Shown one piece after another: positions 31,523 through 40,316 of a DNA stretch of 64,000 bases (positions within the stretch are counted from its first letter, which is position 1; the number at the start of each line of letters is the position of its first letter). The translations under genes and the position numbers were made by a program. This DNA is from Gammaproteobacteria bacterium. Its GTDB lineage: Bacteria; Pseudomonadota; Gammaproteobacteria; Pseudomonadales; Cellvibrionaceae. The notes under the pieces are model-generated. The model was not told the DNA's origin, searched no databases, and saw only the letters and a list, made by a program, of their open reading frames with translations. The stretch is from the NCBI GenBank assembly GCA_005801205.1, contig SYDJ01000111.1, forward strand, positions 636-64,635, in the 5' to 3' direction.

Positions 31523-32692
31523 TTAAATCACTCCACTTCCTGCCAAGCTTTGTTTCACAAATCGCATTACAGCAGACTGTAATAGTTGAAATACCCAGCG
31601 GATAAATGCTGCTGTAACAGTTGTCTGAATGACGATTGCTTGCCCCGTAAGTTGAATTACTTTTTTAAGCAGCGCTACTACCCACGAGCTAATTTCCCGG
31701 TCAACTTTCCACGCAAGCTCCAAAGCATACGAAAGCTTATCAAGTACAGTAAGACCTGCAATCCCTGCAAGCATAACCCCAACACCTGCCGCCTTTAAAA
31801 TATACTCAACCGCCTCACCCAAAAGGCCGAGTACGCGTGAGGATATAATTGAAGCGGTATCGAGACTTAGCCACTCCTTAATTTCGCGCTCTGAACTTAC
31901 GGGTTCCGATGCAGACTTAAGCTTTCCCCATGCACCTTCTGCATTTTTTTCTCCAGAGTACGGCAGCAGTGAAGCACGGTAGTTTTCCATTTTGTGCGCA
32001 CCAAATGTACCAAATCCATGATTGCTAATGCGACAACTTGCGCCGGGCTGGGGCGTGTGCGCAAATGGCCATAAGGGTACCAAGCTAACAAAATCATTAT
32101 CATGGTGAACGCGAAAAATATTTTCCTCACCTATATTTTGTGTAACGCGATCTGCAAATGGTAATAAGCCGACGCGAGGGGCGCCAAATGTATAGAGCTT
32201 GGTGTTGGCTATTTTTTTATTGGCAAGCCAGTCTGCAGTTAAGTTTGCTAAAGCACCGCCCAAGCTGTGCCCAACACAATGTACGGTTGTTGGGTTGTTA
32301 TGTGAAAAATAATTGGAAATCTGCGGCATTAGCTCTTCAAAGACACGATTAAAGCCTGCGTGTACCATTTTTCCCGTTTTGGATATTTGCAATCCAGAAT
32401 TGGCATCGGTAAGCCAGTCCGCAACTAAGTCCGTACCACGAATTGCAATTAACACTTCATTTTTATTAGCAATATTTTTTCCTGGGGCGATAATGGCGAA
32501 TCCGCTTTTTACATGAATAAATGCTCCAGTCTTACTTCCCATAAAATTGATATTTGAAAAATCAAAATTTTCACGCAATTTTGAACTAGGATCCTTCACA
32601 AATGCCTGTGATACCGCATCAACACCTTCTAATGTATCGTATACATTAAATGCGGCACTCCAAGCCTCCATAACATTTAGAGTTGTTGTCAT
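31523..32692 (-). CDS. Lipase class 3 (Tle2-like) candidate T6SS effector
   Basis: IAIRGT, DWLTD, VHAGF, CVGHSLGGALA, YTFGAPRVG, D.V..VP, HKMENY; no signal peptide; downstream of vgrG and PAAR. Confidence 0.85.
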   Translation of the reverse strand: MTTTLNVMEAWSAAFNVYDTLEGVDAVSQAFVKDPSSKLRENFDFSNINFMGSKTGAFIHVKSGFAIIAPGKNIANKNEVLIAIRGTDLVADWLTDANSGLQISKTGKMVHAGFNRVFEELMPQISNYFSHNNPTTVHCVGHSLGGALANLTADWLANKKIANTKLYTFGAPRVGLLPFADRVTQNIGEENIFRVHHDNDFVSLVPLWPFAHTPQPGASCRISNHGFGTFGAHKMENYRASLLPYSGEKNAEGAWGKLKSASEPVSSEREIKEWLSLDTASIISSRVLGLLGEAVEYILKAAGVGVMLAGIAGLTVLDKLSYALELAWKVDREISSWVVALLKKVIQLTGQAIVIQTTVTAAFIRWVFQLLQSAVMRFVKQSLAGSGVI

Positions 32693-32703
32693 TTATATAT
32701 TCC

Positions 32704-33252
32704 TCATTTCTTTATTTGTAATGATTGCAGTTCAGTTATGTGCAAGCACTTTCCGCCGACACCTATTCCATTTCCTTCAATTTCCCTAAAACTATCTGGC
32801 TCTTTGTTTGTTAGCTCACAGCTGAATTCATAAGGTAGAAATTTACCGTAGCCTCTTTCGATTGCAGCAAAATTATTTAGCTCGCCGTCATAATCAAAAT
32901 TTTGCTTTCTCACCTCTAAAGCCAAATGCGATTCATTCTTATAATTTACTGAAATCTTTTGTTTGATAAAAACAACAAATTTTGTTAGTTTCCAAGGATA
33001 CCGCTCATAAAGTGCAGGCAAAATAAATTTTCCGCTAGCATCAGTTTCCACCTCCGTTATGTAACTTTTTTTATCAAAAGTCACTGTACGAATAATTTTT
33101 GCGCCGGCGGCAGGCTTGCCTTCGTGCGTCACACTAGCCTTCATTTCAGTGGCTAGGCAGACTTTAAATCCAATCAAGTTCATGGCGTTCGCTTGCTCCA
33201 GAGGTAGTAGTAAAAAAAAAGCTATAAAAGCTGTTACAACAAATTGCTTCAT
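32704..33252 (-). CDS. Periplasmic candidate immunity protein (DUF6795-like, transthyretin-like fold)
   Basis: Sec signal peptide, G.PAAGAKI.R...TDASGKF.LP, F.CEL; lies 11 nt upstream of the lipase start. Confidence 0.7.
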   Translation of the reverse strand: MKQFVVTAFIAFFLLLPLEQANAMNLIGFKVCLATEMKASVTHEGKPAAGAKIIRTVTFDKKSYITEVETDASGKFILPALYERYPWKLTKFVVFIKQKISVNYKNESHLALEVRKQNFDYDGELNNFAAIERGYGKFLPYEFSCELTNKEPDSFREIEGNGIGVGGKCLHITELQSLQIKK

Positions 33253-33321
33253 GTCTATTTAACCTGCAGTTAATCCAAAGAAAATTTTTATACTCAAACC
33301 CATGAGCTACCCAAAAAAGAC

Positions 33322-33639
33322 TTAATTGTTAGGGATAAATGCGGCAAAATTAAAGCTTATTTTTGCCGTCAAACCCCATGGATGGGTTTTTTCGTAATGT
33401 AAATCAGAATCTTGTGATTTCTTGGTGCGAGACCTAGTGAGAACAATTTTTATACTATGATTATGGCCTTCGCAATCAATAATTTCTTTTGTCTGTTCAC
33501 CGCTAAAATAATCTACGTTTTCAACTTCATAACCGTAATGGCTAGTAGAAAGTGGCGCACTTACAATCAACGCAGATCGATCACAGTCGCCGAGTTGAAT
33601 CCACTCAACACAATCTTCATTCCATACACAGCCACGCAT
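33322..33639 (-). CDS. Hypothetical protein or possible gene remnant between PAAR and the immunity gene
   Basis: 105-aa ORF co-oriented with its neighbours, weak RBS, no motif recognised. Confidence 0.3.
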   Translation of the reverse strand: MRGCVWNEDCVEWIQLGDCDRSALIVSAPLSTSHYGYEVENVDYFSGEQTKEIIDCEGHNHSIKIVLTRSRTKKSQDSDLHYEKTHPWGLTAKISFNFAAFIPNN

Positions 33640-33727
33640 TTTTTGACAGTTCGGCTTTTAATTTTGCTAACTGACATGAGCATTCTCCATCTTTGTTTTC
33701 TCATGCAAATTAGAAACATGACATTGA

Positions 33728-34030
33728 CTAACCACCAATCAACACCGTAGGCGCACCCACTACAATAACGCCACCATGAGCGGTTGAATCGCCCATACGG
33801 GCAGCAGGCTTTCCGCCTATTAGTACGGTGGCGCTGCCCATAACAATGACATCGGGTGGACCAACGCAGGTACATTGATTCCCCAAAGTGGCCGCCGGTA
33901 AATTTGCAATTAAAACGGTTGGTGCGCCGGGTGGTAATACAGGGCCGCCCACATGGGGAATGGGTGGGGTGCCGGGTGTCATCATTGGGCACATATGCAT
34001 ATCACCTACGCGGGCAGCGGGTTTAGACAT
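33728..34030 (-). CDS. PAAR-domain spike tip protein
   Basis: KPAARVGDMHMCP, LPAATLG, KPAARMGDSTAHGG. Confidence 0.96.
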   Translation of the reverse strand: MSKPAARVGDMHMCPMMTPGTPPIPHVGGPVLPPGAPTVLIANLPAATLGNQCTCVGPPDVIVMGSATVLIGGKPAARMGDSTAHGGVIVVGAPTVLIGG

Positions 34031-34118
34031 TACTTACCTTTTTATGTCGTTAAAAGTTGTTACTACACAGTTCTATTTGCATGATCAATTCGTTCTCACA
34101 AAAAAAGGGCTATGCCCC

Positions 34119-34316
34119 GAATGGCACTTACTTAAGCCGAAAGCCCCAGTAAACATAAGGGTTTCAGCTCCATAGTGAGTCAAAACAAATAAAGAGTTGT
34201 ATTCGTTCCGTGCTTGTTTTTAAGAGCTTAACAAAACCATTACGGTGCAAGTGAGCCAAAAAATGCGTCGTAAGGTATTGTAAAAAAAGGCTTTAGCTCT
34301 TAAGTAAGTGCCATTC
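34119..34316. mobile_element. 198-bp non-autonomous IS4-type MITE
   Basis: Perfect 18-bp TIR GAATGGCACTTACTTAAG (34119-136 / 34299-316) flanked by an 11-bp direct repeat GGCTATGCCCC (34108-118, 34317-327); no transposase inside. Confidence 0.9.
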
Positions 34317-34591
34317 GGCTATGCCCCCTTTAATTTGATATATAAACTCAATAATGCATAACGGAATATGGCGAATTTCACGTTTAAGAGGGCTCTATTT
34401 TCTTTTTAATGGCAGAAGAAAAACTATGGATTACACTGAAAAACAATCACCCAACCACCTTAGATGGGCATAAAAAACACAATATTTCGCCAAATATTTT
34501 TGTAGAATTTACGACGATAATTTACAAAATAAACACATATCGGCTTCTCTTTGCCTAAAGCTGTAACTCACCGAATACGCGCAAACTTAGG

Positions 34592-36433
34592 TTAATTAAT
34601 CTTCACCAACCCACCCTTAATGGTAGTCATAGCACCACTCGACACTTCCGCCATTGCATTGCCTTTAATTTTCACTAAAGTTCCTTCAATGGTAATTCCC
34701 GCTGGGTCAATTTTAATTTTGCTGCCGCCTACTTGTAGCGTAATACTCGCATTAGCTTTAATTTTAATATTGGCATTGGCTTCTAATACGATATCCGTTT
34801 TTGCTTTTGAGGTAATCGCTTGGCCTACATCAATATTGTAATTACCTTTGGAGACTTCCAGCTTTTGATTACCGGCTTCAATGGTAATGGTGCGGTCGTT
34901 TTTAACACTTAAAATTTGATTATTTTGCACTACACCTTTTTCATTATTTTTAACGAGAAAGTTGTGATCTTTACCTGCTTGAAAATACACCTCTTCTTTG
35001 CCTTTGGCATCGTCAAAGCGCAATTCGTTGTAATCAGCTGAGCGCGTGCGAATTCCGCTTTGCGTGGCTTTGTAGGGCGGTATGGCATTAGTGCTGTTAT
35101 AGAGTGCGCCCACCACTACGGGGCGGTCTGGGTCGCCATTAATAAATTCTGTTAACACCTCTTGGCCAACATCTGGCACAAAAAAACCGCCCCATTTATT
35201 GCCTGCATAAAGTTGTGCTACCCGCGCCCAGCAAGAGGATTTTTTTTGTTCCCACGGAAACTTAATACGAATATCCGCTTGGCAGCTGGCATCGTCTGGG
35301 GATTTTACCTCTACGACTTGCGCACTATGCACACCGTAAATACGTTGCTTGCGGCCAATATATGGCGGCTTAAAGCCGAGCTTGGCGTCTTCTGCTAAAA
35401 AGTCGTTGCTGTAGTGGCTATCGCCTTCGTGATTATCGCTAGCGCTGTGCATAACCACCGTGAGTAATAATTTAGTCGTGCCGACTTTTTCGCTTTTTAC
35501 ATCGCAACGCAAACCTGCAGATAAGGCTTGCACTGTGCTTGAGCCATCGAACCCGCTGGGGTCTTGGTTGCCCTCTAGCCAATGCTTGAGTTGGGTATTG
35601 GCATTAGCTGATACTAATTCATGTTTTTTGCCATCTGGCGATTGGAAATGGTGTACACCATACAATTCTACTTCGCCCGGTGTTTTTTGCGAAACCCTGC
35701 CCGCTTCTATTGACATTAACTGTGAGGCTTTGCAGTTGTCGTAATCGACTGACTGCATTTTACCTATCGTTAACTGATACAGCGGCTGCAAATGTGTAAT
35801 CACATTATGAAGCCCAATACCTGAATTCATTTGGTCTGGGTAATCAATCACCTTAGGGTCGGTTTCACCAAAGCTTTGTGGCGAATCTACCAACACCAAT
35901 GAACAATTTTCTTTGGTATGTTTAAAGAAATAGGCAATGCCTTCTTCTGCCAGCAACCGTTGAATAAATTCAAGGTCAGTTTCATTGTATTGCGTGCAAA
36001 CTTCACGCTTTTGCAGTGCTGTATTGAGTTTCTTTTCAACACTTAAGCCCCCGCAGGAATCTGCAATAACCTGCTCAACAATATCAACCGCCGTTAGCTT
36101 TTCATAAATACGGTTGTGTTGATTTAAACTCAGTAAAAAAAGTTTGGGCGCCAGCGTAACAACATAATTGTGGCCAGTTATGCCTTCACGCCGAACGGCC
36201 CGAACAATACCGTGAAAAAAACGCGCAGGCTCAGTAAAATCGAGCTGTAAAGAAGCCGCCTGCCCAAGTAGTTCTGGCAGTTTGGCGTGGATGCTTTCGC
36301 TGCTAATTTGCAGAGTGATGTGACACTCATACAAATCACTTACGCGCTCCACTCCATGAAATGCTATGACTTCGCAATCTGCCTCTTTTACCGAGGCAGA
36401 TTTGAACTTCATCATTGCGGCCTTTACTGCCAT
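34592..36433 (-). CDS. vgrG: T6SS spike protein VgrG
   Basis: QYNETDLEFIQRLLAEEGI.YFF, SCWARVAQ, P.VGQEV..EF.NGDPDRP, NELRFDD.KG.EE, C-terminal beta-helix; no effector extension. Confidence 0.96.
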   Translation of the reverse strand: MAVKAAMMKFKSASVKEADCEVIAFHGVERVSDLYECHITLQISSESIHAKLPELLGQAASLQLDFTEPARFFHGIVRAVRREGITGHNYVVTLAPKLFLLSLNQHNRIYEKLTAVDIVEQVIADSCGGLSVEKKLNTALQKREVCTQYNETDLEFIQRLLAEEGIAYFFKHTKENCSLVLVDSPQSFGETDPKVIDYPDQMNSGIGLHNVITHLQPLYQLTIGKMQSVDYDNCKASQLMSIEAGRVSQKTPGEVELYGVHHFQSPDGKKHELVSANANTQLKHWLEGNQDPSGFDGSSTVQALSAGLRCDVKSEKVGTTKLLLTVVMHSASDNHEGDSHYSNDFLAEDAKLGFKPPYIGRKQRIYGVHSAQVVEVKSPDDASCQADIRIKFPWEQKKSSCWARVAQLYAGNKWGGFFVPDVGQEVLTEFINGDPDRPVVVGALYNSTNAIPPYKATQSGIRTRSADYNELRFDDAKGKEEVYFQAGKDHNFLVKNNEKGVVQNNQILSVKNDRTITIEAGNQKLEVSKGNYNIDVGQAITSKAKTDIVLEANANIKIKANASITLQVGGSKIKIDPAGITIEGTLVKIKGNAMAEVSSGAMTTIKGGLVKIN

Positions 36434-36472
36434 GCATCACCTTACCCGAAGTATTTCGTGGAATACTTAAAC

Positions 36473-36952
36473 TTAACTCGCTTTTGCAGTTGCTAAATCG
36501 TAAGTAACACGAGGTACTTGACCTTGCTTGCCTGATTTATCTGATGCGGTATAAGACATGGTAATTTTGGTATAACTTAAAGAAATAGATTCAGCCGGAA
36601 CACCGCCGCCGCTTGATACGCTATACGACGAAACCATAACGTCTTCTAATTCATACTCAACGTATTTTTTAAGGTCTTTCCCATTTGATTCAACAATAAC
36701 AAGCTTCACTTTCTTCCCATCGGTACCCGATACCACTGACTGCAACAAGCCCACTGAAGACATATCAAATTCGCGGCTTACGGTGATTTCACTAAAGCTT
36801 GGGGCACCGTGAGCGCGGTTTGCGGCCTTACCTGTGGTCATAGTAATCGAGCGGCCAACGCCAAATTGTAGACTGCTTAAGTCGATCCACTCTTTGAAAC
36901 CCTCTGTAGTGACATCGCCTTTAATACCGTCATATTGCATATAAATTGCCAT
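36473..36952 (-). CDS. hcp: T6SS tube protein Hcp
   Basis: MAIYMQYDGIKGD...FKEWI, FSEITV, Y.LEDVMVSSY, ESISLSYTKI; strong RBS AGGAG before ATG 36952. Confidence 0.96.
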   Translation of the reverse strand: MAIYMQYDGIKGDVTTEGFKEWIDLSSLQFGVGRSITMTTGKAANRAHGAPSFSEITVSREFDMSSVGLLQSVVSGTDGKKVKLVIVESNGKDLKKYVEYELEDVMVSSYSVSSGGGVPAESISLSYTKITMSYTASDKSGKQGQVPRVTYDLATAKAS

Positions 36953-37185
36953 GGTAAAACTCCTATTAATTGATAGTGTGGGCAATGCCCTTTTGTTTAA
37001 AAACCAGCTTAAAAACCAAGTTAGAAACTCGCCAACAGAGCGATTGAGAGCTTTATAGGCTTACGCAAGGCTATTCACAAGCACTTCGTTAATTCGACTC
37101 TGACACTATTTAATTGAAGGAGAATTAATACGCAAATACCCCAAGATTTTGGGTGTTTTTAACAGGCAGAGAGGGGGATGTTGGA

Positions 37186-37524
37186 TTAAAAAGTTAAGAC
37201 AATGCCCAGCAACACCAAACTGCAGCCTAGTGCAAATAATAAAAACCAGAGGGGTTTTGGTACGGCCTGAGGCGAGTTCCCAAGCTGAGTCACATTAGGC
37301 AATTCCTTCTCACGTAGAATTTCTGCCAGCGCCTTATCTATATCCGTTATTTGCACTATAGCATTGGTTTTTTCAGTTGCTGCCTGTTGCAATAGCGTTG
37401 TTCGTGCATGACGATACTCCTGAAAAGAGATCTCTTCTTTTGCGTACTGAATTGATAGCCTTCGCAAAGGTGAAACATCTGCAAATCGATCTTGTATTTC
37501 TATTTCCATGCACATTACTGCCAA
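37186..37524 (-). CDS. Small C-terminally membrane-anchored protein (SHOCT-like N-terminus)
   Basis: EEISFQEYRHARTTLL helix pair and a C-terminal TM; follows pppA; start uncertain. Confidence 0.6.
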   Translation of the reverse strand: MAVMCMEIEIQDRFADVSPLRRLSIQYAKEEISFQEYRHARTTLLQQAATEKTNAIVQITDIDKALAEILREKELPNVTQLGNSPQAVPKPLWFLLFALGCSLVLLGIVLTF

Positions 37525-37529
37525 AATAG

Positions 37530-38258
37530 TTAAGGGAAGCCAATAACGATGACGCTTACATTATCAATCCCGCCTTTTTTGAGGGATTCATCCACCAGTG
37601 CTGCACAAATGTGGGGTGGCGTTTTCCCCGCTATCATTTGATTCGCTATGTCTTCTTCAGACAGATCTTTGTATAGACCATCTGAACAGAGCAGAAACCT
37701 GTCGCCCGCCTTTATATCAATTAAATCAATATCTACATAGAGTTGTTTATCGCCACCAATGGCGCGAGTGATTATGTTGGCTGCTGAATGCATTTCTGCA
37801 TCTTGTCTGCGAATCACACCACCACTGATCATTTCTTCAATTTGGCTGTGATCTTGTGAGAGTTGTTGCAGGGCATTATTTCTCAAACGATATAAGCGGC
37901 TATCGCCCACCCACAAACAAACTGCAGCACCTGTTTGGCTCACAAAAAATACAACAGCGGTACTGCCAATGACACGACGCGATTCGGCGGCCTGTGACAT
38001 GGTTACCAGTGTTGAATTCACATTAATTAAGATGTTCTCAAGAGAGTCTACAGTTTCGGCAAAATCACTCGTTGGGTTAAATTGAGCTAATGCGCTTACA
38101 ATTGACTGGCTTGCAACATCGCCGGCGCTATGCCCGCCCATCCCATCAGCAACCACCCACAAGCCCTTGGCTGAGCCTTCGTAGATGCTGTCCTCATTAA
38201 TTTTGCGTACACATCCAACATGTGTAGCGGCCGCAGAGCTCCACTGTATACTTGGCAT
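37530..38258 (-). CDS. pppA: PP2C/PPM Ser/Thr phosphatase (PppA)
   Basis: THVG.VRK.NED, VADGMGGH, WVGDSRLY, SQDHS, ITRAIG, LCSDGL, GG.DN.S. Confidence 0.92.
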   Translation of the reverse strand: MPSIQWSSAAATHVGCVRKINEDSIYEGSAKGLWVVADGMGGHSAGDVASQSIVSALAQFNPTSDFAETVDSLENILINVNSTLVTMSQAAESRRVIGSTAVVFFVSQTGAAVCLWVGDSRLYRLRNNALQQLSQDHSQIEEMISGGVIRRQDAEMHSAANIITRAIGGDKQLYVDIDLIDIKAGDRFLLCSDGLYKDLSEEDIANQMIAGKTPPHICAALVDESLKKGGIDNVSVIVIGFP

Positions 38259-38349
38259 CTTGTTATACTCTCTCCTCACATTTAGTATTCCAAACGTTTA
38301 GCACTGCAAGAGCAAAAATCTTACAGGCAACCAATAGCACTTACCCAAT

Positions 38350-38952
38350 ATGCCAAGACCACAGCGCTACAAAATTAAAAATGTACCTCAATTGGTAATG
38401 CAACTTTCGCACAACCGTTTGCCATGCTTTTATGATGGCCAAGACTACCAGTTATTTCAGCAATGGCTACACGATATCACGCAACGCTATAACTGTACTC
38501 TAGACGCTTACGCATTATTACCCGATCGCATTTTCCTTTTACTGAGCTCTTCTGATGAAAGCGGAATTTCAAAAATGCTGCAAACACTTGGAAGAAAATA
38601 TACTCAATATATAAACCAACGTTACCGACGCTTTGGTACTTTATGGTCTGGCCGTTATTATGCGTGTTTGGTTGAACCAAACGAGCCATATTTATCAGAG
38701 TGTCGTCACTTCGTCGTTGATGCCGCTTTGCGGTGCAGTTTAATCCTTCCAGAAAATAAATGGCCCTGGCAAAGTAAGAATGAATTTGCTGGCCCACAAT
38801 TTCCGGCCCAATCCTTGGCCATTGAGCAAACGCTTAGAGCTGGGTTAGTGTGGAGCAGCCTAGAGTTCAAAAATGATGTGTCAGTAACCTTTGGCGTAAA
38901 AACGATGCCCAGCCCTAGAGGGCGCCCAATTCAACAAATACGCAGCAATTAA
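38350..38952 (+). CDS. RAYT/IS200-like (Y1 HUH) transposase homolog lacking catalytic residues
   Basis: Family scaffold MPRPQR...PQLVMQ.SHNR.PCF....DY, MLQTLGRKYTQYIN.RY.R.GTLW.GRY and C-terminal RGRP are present, but AY.LM.NHVHLL reads AYALLPDRIFLL and RYIELNP reads RHFVVDA. Confidence 0.8.
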   Translation: MPRPQRYKIKNVPQLVMQLSHNRLPCFYDGQDYQLFQQWLHDITQRYNCTLDAYALLPDRIFLLLSSSDESGISKMLQTLGRKYTQYINQRYRRFGTLWSGRYYACLVEPNEPYLSECRHFVVDAALRCSLILPENKWPWQSKNEFAGPQFPAQSLAIEQTLRAGLVWSSLEFKNDVSVTFGVKTMPSPRGRPIQQIRSN

Positions 38953-39029
38953 TTTTTAGCTTGATTGCATTTATGAATCAGTAATGCGAACATCAGCAAC
39001 AACAAGTATTCTCTGGCAGGACTCTAGGA

Positions 39030-39620
39030 ATGGAAAGCACAGCTCAGCGCCAGCTTACACGATTGCGCTCCGAAGACGCGTTTGAAATCTGCCGATATTT
39101 TGAGCCAACATCTGCTATTCAATCTTTCCTTACGCCTAACATTACCAGCTCTCTGCTCATTCACTCATTAACCAATAATCATCATTGGTTTGATGCTGCA
39201 AATGTAATTGCTCACTCTTTACAAATTCGCGCAAGTTTATGGTGGGCATGTTTAATTTGCCGAGATCATGTTGCCTATGCGTCTGACCCAAGCTCACTGA
39301 ATGCGTTGATTGTAATGATAGAAGATTGGGTTAAAGAGCCCAGTGAAGAAACACGTTTAGCTGTTTTTCATCGCGCTAATTTATTAGGGAATAGAAGCCC
39401 AGGCTATTGGGCTGGAATGGCCACATTTTGGTCCATGGGAAATATAACTCCCGGTAGCGGTATTGAAACGCCACCGCCGCCCTACATGTATGCCAAGGGT
39501 GTAGCCGCGTGCATTGATTTAGCTGCATCGCTCGCAATTTCTGAACGAGAATCTTTTTACCGCCACTCACTGGCGCGCGGAATTGATCTTGCCGCCGGCG
39601 GCAATGGTTTAATGACTTAA
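39030..39620 (+). CDS. DUF6931-like T6SS-associated helical protein
   Basis: DA..VIAHSL..R.SLWWAC.C, WVKEPSEETR, WA.MATFWS.G.I; pattern recalled from genes near vgrG/PAAR. Confidence 0.65.
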   Translation: MESTAQRQLTRLRSEDAFEICRYFEPTSAIQSFLTPNITSSLLIHSLTNNHHWFDAANVIAHSLQIRASLWWACLICRDHVAYASDPSSLNALIVMIEDWVKEPSEETRLAVFHRANLLGNRSPGYWAGMATFWSMGNITPGSGIETPPPPYMYAKGVAACIDLAASLAISERESFYRHSLARGIDLAAGGNGLMT

Positions 39621-39647
39621 TAAAAACAATGGTGTCCCTGCTGTTAA

Positions 39648-40316
39648 CTATCCAAATAACTTATTAAATGCTGAAATATTTTCAGTGATCACAATATTTG
39701 ATTTATGAAGTTCGTGATCTTTATTCATCCAATAGCAGGGCGATTTGAATTTTTCAGCTAACAACCTTTTCAGTAAAACATCCTGATAGCTATTTTTTTG
39801 CTGATCTTCCGCCACATCCATATCGATAAAAGCGGGGGCTAGCTCACACTTCTCAGCCGCTGTGGCCACATCATCCAATAACAGAATGCTATTTGCATTA
39901 GCGTTAAAAATTTCTACCGACAACTGCTCAGCAGACATGGGCTGCGTTAGCGCAGCAAGCGCCAATTGTTCAAGCAAGGAAAACCAATCCTCTAATGCAA
40001 AAAACTGTTTTAGTGTAGCGAACTGGCTAGGTAAGGGAGACACAATGGTAAATGGAAAGTATCGACCAACAGTATCAACACTGGGCATCACTATACCAAC
40101 CCACGCGTTTGAACCCAAGGACTCACCCGCAATCATAAAACGCCAAATTGGGCTACAAAGATAAATATCCAACCAATTCTCAGGATTCCTTTCTTGGAAC
40201 CTAAGCAGACTTTTTTGCAAAAATTCATCCCATGGTGTTACAAACTCAGCGTCAGTTGAGTTCCAAATAAAATCCCCATGGGATGGCAACTTGCCATAAA
40301 AGCCTAACTGAATCAC
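39648..40316 (-). CDS. tagF: T6SS post-translational repressor TagF
   Basis: GFYGKLPSHGDF, PIWRF, G...PSVD.VGRYFPF. Confidence 0.92.
   Translation of the reverse strand: MIQLGFYGKLPSHGDFIWNSTDAEFVTPWDEFLQKSLLRFQERNPENWLDIYLCSPIWRFMIAGESLGSNAWVGIVMPSVDTVGRYFPFTIVSPLPSQFATLKQFFALEDWFSLLEQLALAALTQPMSAEQLSVEIFNANANSILLLDDVATAAEKCELAPAFIDMDVAEDQQKNSYQDVLLKRLLAEKFKSPCYWMNKDHELHKSNIVITENISAFNKLFG

Noticed and set aside
33567-33992. 141-aa Cys/Arg-rich ORF overlapping PAAR
   Set aside because: Alternative frame of the clear PAAR gene; no evidence for a frameshifted PAAR extension
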